12,287 nucleotides of DNA from positions 1-12,287 of the forward strand of contig JBHGNT010001079.1 of assembly GCA_043228905.1 (NCBI GenBank). The letters run 5' to 3'. Below the pieces are notes generated by a model. It was not told the DNA's origin, ran no database searches, and was given only the letters and a program-made list of their open reading frames with translations. The position numbers and the translations under genes are program-made. Each line of letters begins with the position of its first letter. Position 1 is the first letter of the stretch. Source of the stretch: Azolla caroliniana. Lineage: Eukaryota > Plantae > Polypodiophyta. Below, piece by piece: positions 9,301 to 12,287 of this stretch.

Positions 9301-10392
9301 TTACTTGTTCCCAGTTCGTTTTACTCCGCAATGGCCTAGTGTAATAACTGAATTATCATAAAATAAAGTTTTGTTTACATTTAATTAGAAATTTCGTTTA
9401 AATTGAAAAAATTCATGATGGCCCAAAAAGTTTCATTTCATGCAAAACAGGTGTTTTTGGGAAATTAGTTAATTCACCTTTCTTTCTTTATGATTTTGCA
9501 TATGCTTGTAGGATGTATACAAAAAAAGCATAATCACATTTTGTGCATAAGCCATGAATCAGTTTGAATAATGAGATGCATACATGGGTTTGCATTTGAT
9601 CTCTCTGAATGTGCAACCTCACAATGCAACATGGCATTTTGCAAAATGTTTTCAGGACTACAAAGTGCATAGGGATGAGATCCACTTGAAGTTAGTACAA
9701 ATCATGAAGGAGAGATTGATGGTACATCTACGGACATTTCCACAAATAGTCGAAACATGGATGCGATCAGAAGACAATGATGCACAACCAAGTCAGTTTG
9801 CCCGTGCAGTAACTAAGGTACTTAATGTTTATGTCTGCAAATGCCAGCTTGTGTAACAAGAGATGTTCAATGTTTTTGAAATGCTGCTAACGCTATGCAT
9901 CAATGTCAAATATGTGTCAAACAGGAGGTTGGTGTTTTACATCGTGTTCTTTCTCCGCTACTTCCAGAAGCTGATGTGAAATTTATCTTTTCGTAAGTCC
10001 TCCTTTGCCACATTATACTTTTGTAAAATAAAGCATACCTATTTGTTTCTGCAAAGGAAAATTTCTCTTAACCATCATATTGGATGACAGGCGAGTGGTT
10101 GCAGTATTCCACTCCCATCTTTCGGAATCATTCTCAAAGCTGGACTTGAGTAGCTCTAATATTAAACAAAGGTATGGTAAACTTCCAAGCTCATGTTTTT
10201 TTGTACCCACTTAATTAGGAAGATCCACACTGACCGAATTGTTTTTGGATCAGATTGTACCATGATATACAATACATTCTTACATGCATCAGAGCATTAC
10301 CTTCTGATGCAGTTGATACTTCTGGTATGCAAAAGCCAGGAGAATTGGATGAGTTTTTAAGACAAAGATATGGAAATGTCATTACAGAGTGA
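316..10392 (+). CDS. VPS54: Vacuolar protein sorting-associated protein 54 (GARP complex subunit), 5'-partial, 16 exons: join(316..395,496..628,750..827,925..1081,1158..1246,1468..1727,2383..2554,2653..2736,2804..3333,3417..3570,5270..5351,5452..5531,9656..9817,9925..9992,10091..10171,10254..10392)
   Basis: Manual splicing at GT-AG sites gives one continuous frame of 2349 nt (782 aa plus TGA). It contains motifs I recognise from plant VPS54: LLPLVIGLLRT-KLP-VLRIYRDTL, RWAKLLGVRA--HPKL, LDQETW, and the Vps54 C-terminal domain FNARTCQLVLGAGAMQVSGLKSVTAKHLSLASQ...DYKVHRDEIH-KLVQIMKERL. Identification is from recall, not a database search. Confidence 0.95.
496..628 (+). CDS. VPS54: VPS54 exon B: (S)MLAADFVRVTIHDTKDLDASTIIAKF...FSIE
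   Basis: ctccag acceptor; GAG|gtataa donor; open frame, resembles plant VPS54 'ILxxEFMRxxIHD'. Confidence 0.85.
750..827 (+). CDS. VPS54: VPS54 exon C: DNKEKEEADSGLREQLLPLVIGLLRT
   Basis: Pyrimidine tract plus tag acceptor; ACG|gtaaaa donor; conserved LLPLVIGLLRT. Confidence 0.92.
925..1081 (+). CDS. VPS54: VPS54 exon D: SKLPAVLRIYRDTLITDIKAAIK...NDFE
   Basis: tctgcag acceptor; A|gtagat donor (phase 1); overlaps ORF 940..1236. Confidence 0.92.
1158..1246 (+). CDS. VPS54: VPS54 exon E: (S)GGISLASKLRGLTAESFVELLAGVFDVIQ
   Basis: atgcag acceptor; CAG|gtgggc donor; conserved SLASKLR-L. Confidence 0.92.
1468..1727 (+). CDS. VPS54: VPS54 exon F: VRLIRAAEIRRIIE...YAEAAVAAAFASGAAAAAAAEAAQ...SRNF
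   Basis: tctgcag acceptor; AG|gtggtt donor; Ala-rich segment; overlaps ORF 1552..1776. Confidence 0.92.
2383..2554 (+). CDS. VPS54: VPS54 exon G: (R)ADVLLENTEAVCSACHAAHERWAKLLGVRAVIHPKL...ATEK
   Basis: cttcag acceptor; AAG|gtatat donor; overlaps ORF 2372..2587. Confidence 0.95.
2653..2736 (+). CDS. VPS54: VPS54 exon H: IGGRYASSIRGTLHSQSKAFVDVQHSIR
   Basis: ctatag acceptor; AGG|gtgagt donor; conserved IGGR---SIRGTL-SQ-KAFVD-QH. Confidence 0.95.
2804..3333 (+). CDS. VPS54: VPS54 exon I: MSKITAVLDQETWVSVDPPDEFQAIVD...low-complexity linker...KTLEVRGMKFHTVN
   Basis: cacag acceptor; AG|gtgatc donor; corresponds to ORF 2795..3337. Confidence 0.95.
3417..3570 (+). CDS. VPS54: VPS54 exon J: (S)GLILLKMVSEYVHISDALPSLASEVVHRVAELLKIFNARTCQLVLGAGAMQ
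   Basis: ttctacag acceptor; CAG|gttctg donor; start of the Vps54 C-terminal domain. Confidence 0.96.
4569..5083. repeat. Diverged direct duplication, two ~225-bp copies (4569..4791 and 4859..5083), intronic
   Basis: Collinear shared blocks (tgttaatat, tggtacacc, cagtggcttgg, tttattact, gagttaa, tgtaatatttggtaggtttc, ggccattat, ttagaaga); roughly 80% identity by eye; 67-bp spacer. Confidence 0.9.
5270..5351 (+). CDS. VPS54: VPS54 exon K: VSGLKSVTAKHLSLASQTISLFHTLIP
   Basis: taacag acceptor; CAG|gtgtga donor (phase 1); GLKS-T-KHL-LASQ motif. Confidence 0.96.
5452..5531 (+). CDS. VPS54: VPS54 exon L: (D)LKRLLGSHVPDARKALLFTELDLVAQ
   Basis: ttttcag acceptor; CAG|gtaata donor. Confidence 0.93.
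6034..6139. repeat. Cluster of about 10 AAAC(C/T) motifs with an 11-bp perfect inverted repeat, preceded by an A-rich tract
   Basis: taaacc/gaaacc units; ctaaactgggt (6040-6050) is the reverse complement of acccagtttag (6082-6092). Confidence 0.7.
6138..6510 (-). pseudogene. Copia reverse transcriptase (RVT_2-type) N-terminal relic
   Basis: Minus-strand translation across frames: IKNGTW/VYKLK*KPDGTIDR..AKG..GIDFDETF, VHQLNTKTAFLHGDLCEEVYVSQP, HENKVYR..KLYGLKQAPRAWYEKIHANLIAHGFENSPNE. Ends before the YVDD motif. Confidence 0.9.
6930..7700 (-). pseudogene. Copia GAG-pre-integrase and integrase core relic
   Basis: KHVCEGSILGK, LQLIHID, YFVTFI, GTLHSD, GIKHQHTMPYTPRQIGV, and ORF 6903..7232 (FWLDTVICAAYVLNRCPT...HLHVFGC...KKLDD...GYHLYHPETRRTLISDDV). 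Confidence 0.9.
7780..8590 (-). pseudogene. Copia gag (heavily deleted) and aspartic protease relic
   Basis: V*YFDNG at 8073-8093, followed by SSLESAP and YP..IGEIMLSAVDGS (ORF 7724..7993). ORF 8188..8505 occupies the gag position directly after the PBS. The gag assignment is positional. Confidence 0.7.
8591..8605 (-). promoter_or_regulatory. Primer binding site complementary to the 3' end of initiator tRNA-Met
   Basis: Minus strand reads TGGTGTCAGAGCAGG versus canonical plant PBS TGGTATCAGAGC (one A>G change), 2 nt after the putative LTR end TCCAATA. Confidence 0.85.
8608..8980 (-). repeat. Putative 5' LTR of the copia element (~370 bp)
   Basis: Minus strand starts TGTTAAGG (8980) and ends TCCAATA (decayed ...AACA) next to the PBS, with TATATAAG at 8808-8815. 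The PBS-side end is well supported. The distal end is a guess because there is no second LTR or TSD to compare. Confidence 0.6.
9656..9817 (+). CDS. VPS54: VPS54 exon M: DYKVHRDEIHLKLVQIMKERL...QPSQFARAVTK
   Basis: ttttcag acceptor; AAG|gtactt donor; overlaps ORF 9584..9856. Confidence 0.96.
9925..9992 (+). CDS. VPS54: VPS54 exon N: EVGVLHRVLSPLLPEADVKFIF
   Basis: aaacag acceptor; TC|gtaagt donor (phase 2). Confidence 0.93.
10091..10171 (+). CDS. VPS54: VPS54 exon O: (S)RVVAVFHSHLSESFSKLDLSSSNIKQ
   Basis: gacag acceptor; AG|gtatgg donor (phase 2). Confidence 0.92.
10254..10392 (+). CDS. VPS54: VPS54 last coding exon: (R)LYHDIQYILTCIRALPSD...GELDEFLRQRYGNVITE*
   Basis: gatcag acceptor; TGA at 10390-10392; IL-CIR-LP and G-LDEFL-QR-G as recalled for plant VPS54 C-termini. 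Confidence 0.93.
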
Positions 10393-10826
10393 CATACTAC
10401 ATTGTTTTTTGTGGGGAACTAAAGAACAGTTCCAAGGCAAGCGAATCACATCCTAGGTTCTCAGATGTTGTAGAGTATGTGTTTTTTCTTTGTTACACCG
10501 ATCTTTTCTAAGAGTTTACACAGTCAAAACTGCATCAAACTGCTCTATATGCACTCTTCAGGTGATTCTGAATTGATAACGTCTACATATCATCCTTTCA
10601 AGTAAAGCTGCATGATTATCACAATTTATCATAATATTTGCATGTGGATCTGGATTTCCTAGTAGTTCATGTTCATTAACAATTTCTTGTGGTATTTTGT
10701 AGAAATCTGGCGTTGTAGGATCAGAGATGCAGGGATTGGCTACCAGCTTCCCATTGGGCAAGAGAGAATTTGAGATAATTGTACACTAGGTTATTATGTA
10801 GTTTTTTGGTGGCCTCAGCCAGAAGA

Positions 10827-10832
10827 AATAAA
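10827..10832 (+). promoter_or_regulatory. Candidate polyadenylation near-upstream element (AATAAA) for VPS54
   Basis: AATAAA about 435 nt after the stop, preceded by U/G-rich sequence. Plant signals are degenerate, so support is weak. Confidence 0.25.
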
Positions 10833-11688
10833 AATTGTTGCATTATTAGCTGCAAACCTTCCGTTTTCCCATATAAGATCAATGCGCTATGTATATATGT
10901 GTTGTGTAGACATAAGAGCTGCTCATATCATGCGGGAGGTACTCATGACATATGTGTGAGGGGGCACACATCAGAGGCGTATATGGATGTGTGAGGTTCA
11001 TTATTTATTTGCCATCATCTTTTGATATTGATGCTAATCTTAGCAATACTAATTAGCAATTTGTTTTCCATTGCAAGCTTCTGTTTCTTTGATTAGGTAT
11101 TCACTTGTTTTTGCTTTTGCACAATTCATGATTAAATTTCAAGTAATTTGGCTTTATGAACATAGAAAGTTTGTATATTTTTGTTAGGTCTAAGCCTGAA
11201 GTTCGAGATTCAATGTGAATGTTGTCTATACTGGTTTTGCCCTGTATAAAATATCTTAAATTGACGTGAATAGGAATTAAAATCCTCTACATCTTGTGGC
11301 ATCGTTTCCTTTATTTTTTGGACTCGTCCATTGTGAGAGCGTTTGTTTCTTTGAATTGAAGGCATTGTTAAGGTGCTACAAATTTAAGCTCAAATAAAAG
11401 CAGAGCTACGCAACATGTTTCTACTGAAGTACCAAGCTTTTTATGTCCTAATTTTATCGAAACCTTTTTTTACTGAAATATAATCATTGGATGTTGCAAA
11501 TGCAAATTCGATTGAAACCTATTTTTATTCTTGGAAGTTGACCCTTTCTTGAATTTGTACACATTTTTTTATCAACATGTGTTCCTTCTTAGAAATCTGT
11601 TAATGGGAGATTTGTAGAGTGATTGAAATGGACCAGATTCAAGTATATTTACAACTGAGCTACAATGAAAACACTATGGGAAATTTGT

Positions 11689-11906
11689 ATTTGATAGCAG
11701 TTTAGTGATGTATTTACATGAATTTGTAGAATTCTTAGTAAACTTGTGTCAAAGCACTACTAGCTAACGACCACAATGTTTCATCCCCTTATATTGAATT
11801 TGATAGTAGTGTAATGATGTATTTACGTGAATTTGTAGAATTCTTAGCAAACTTGTGTCAAAGTACTACTAGCTAATGACTACAATGTTTCATCCTCTTA
11901 TATTGA
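11689..11906. repeat. Tandem duplication, 2 x 109 bp (11689..11797, 11798..11906)
   Basis: Ungapped alignment with 9 mismatches by manual count (about 92% identity), 8 of them transitions. Confidence 0.95.
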
Positions 11907-12287
11907 ACTAATGAACATGTTATGTATTCATTGTATGAGCATTACCTCATTTTATGTAGCACATTACCTACATTTTTCCATGATCATTGTGATCATAGAA
12001 TGAACCATACGTATCATATGTGCATTCGCATTTGAGAATGATTCAATCAAATGTGTATGGTAAATCCTCTCAAAGTTGGATTGGATTGACTAAGGTCTAT
12101 ATTATGTATTGATTCACTCTCAATCCTACTAAGTGGACTCTAATCCATTGTGAACCACCAACATAAGTATGGTTGCAATATTTGCATTGTATCACATGCA
12201 TACTTTTGGGATGCGAATCAAGACATCTCTATCATCCTCACTTTAGAACAAAAAAATGAGTGTGAGCTATAGAGATTGAATCAAAAT

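Noticed and set aside
9922-9927. NAGNAG acceptor CAG-GAG
   Set aside because: GAG is a poor acceptor, and the Glu of KEVG is conserved as I recall, so the proximal CAG is almost certainly used
10558-10994. ORFs 10558..10761 (-) and 10779..10994 (+), and a 7-bp stem ATGTGTG/CACACAT near 10952-10971
   Set aside because: Short, no homology recognised, in UTR or flank; a stem of this length is expected by chance
11689-11906. Tandem units as C/D box snoRNAs (RTGATGT ... TTGA)
   Set aside because: Both boxes deviate from consensus (RTGATGA, CTGA); no terminal stem or rRNA-complementary guide recognised
1-12287. CRISPR array, tRNA, rRNA or prokaryotic operon-type system
   Set aside because: No repeat-spacer structure or structural RNA motifs; the sequence is a spliceosomal eukaryotic locus

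Overview
Eukaryotic (land-plant) genomic DNA, AT-rich. The window holds the 3' portion of a + strand, spliced gene for the GARP complex subunit VPS54. I read 16 coding exons from 316 to the TGA at 10390-10392, all GT-AG and phase-consistent, giving 2349 nt or 782 aa; the N-terminal exons lie upstream of the window. Most introns are 67-221 bp (one is 655 bp). Two are inflated: 3571-5269 (1.7 kb, with a ~225-bp diverged duplication and probable TE debris) and 5532-9655 (4.1 kb, with a decayed antisense Ty1/copia retrotransposon: 5' LTR, tRNA-iMet PBS, gag-PR-IN-RT relics, truncated in RT). Downstream are a 3' UTR with a possible UTR intron and a 109-bp tandem duplication. Most supplied ORFs are exon read-throughs, antisense shadows or copia fragments. 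I see no convincing new biological system; the items worth checking are splicing oddities, the intronic antisense LTR and the unexplained repeats.
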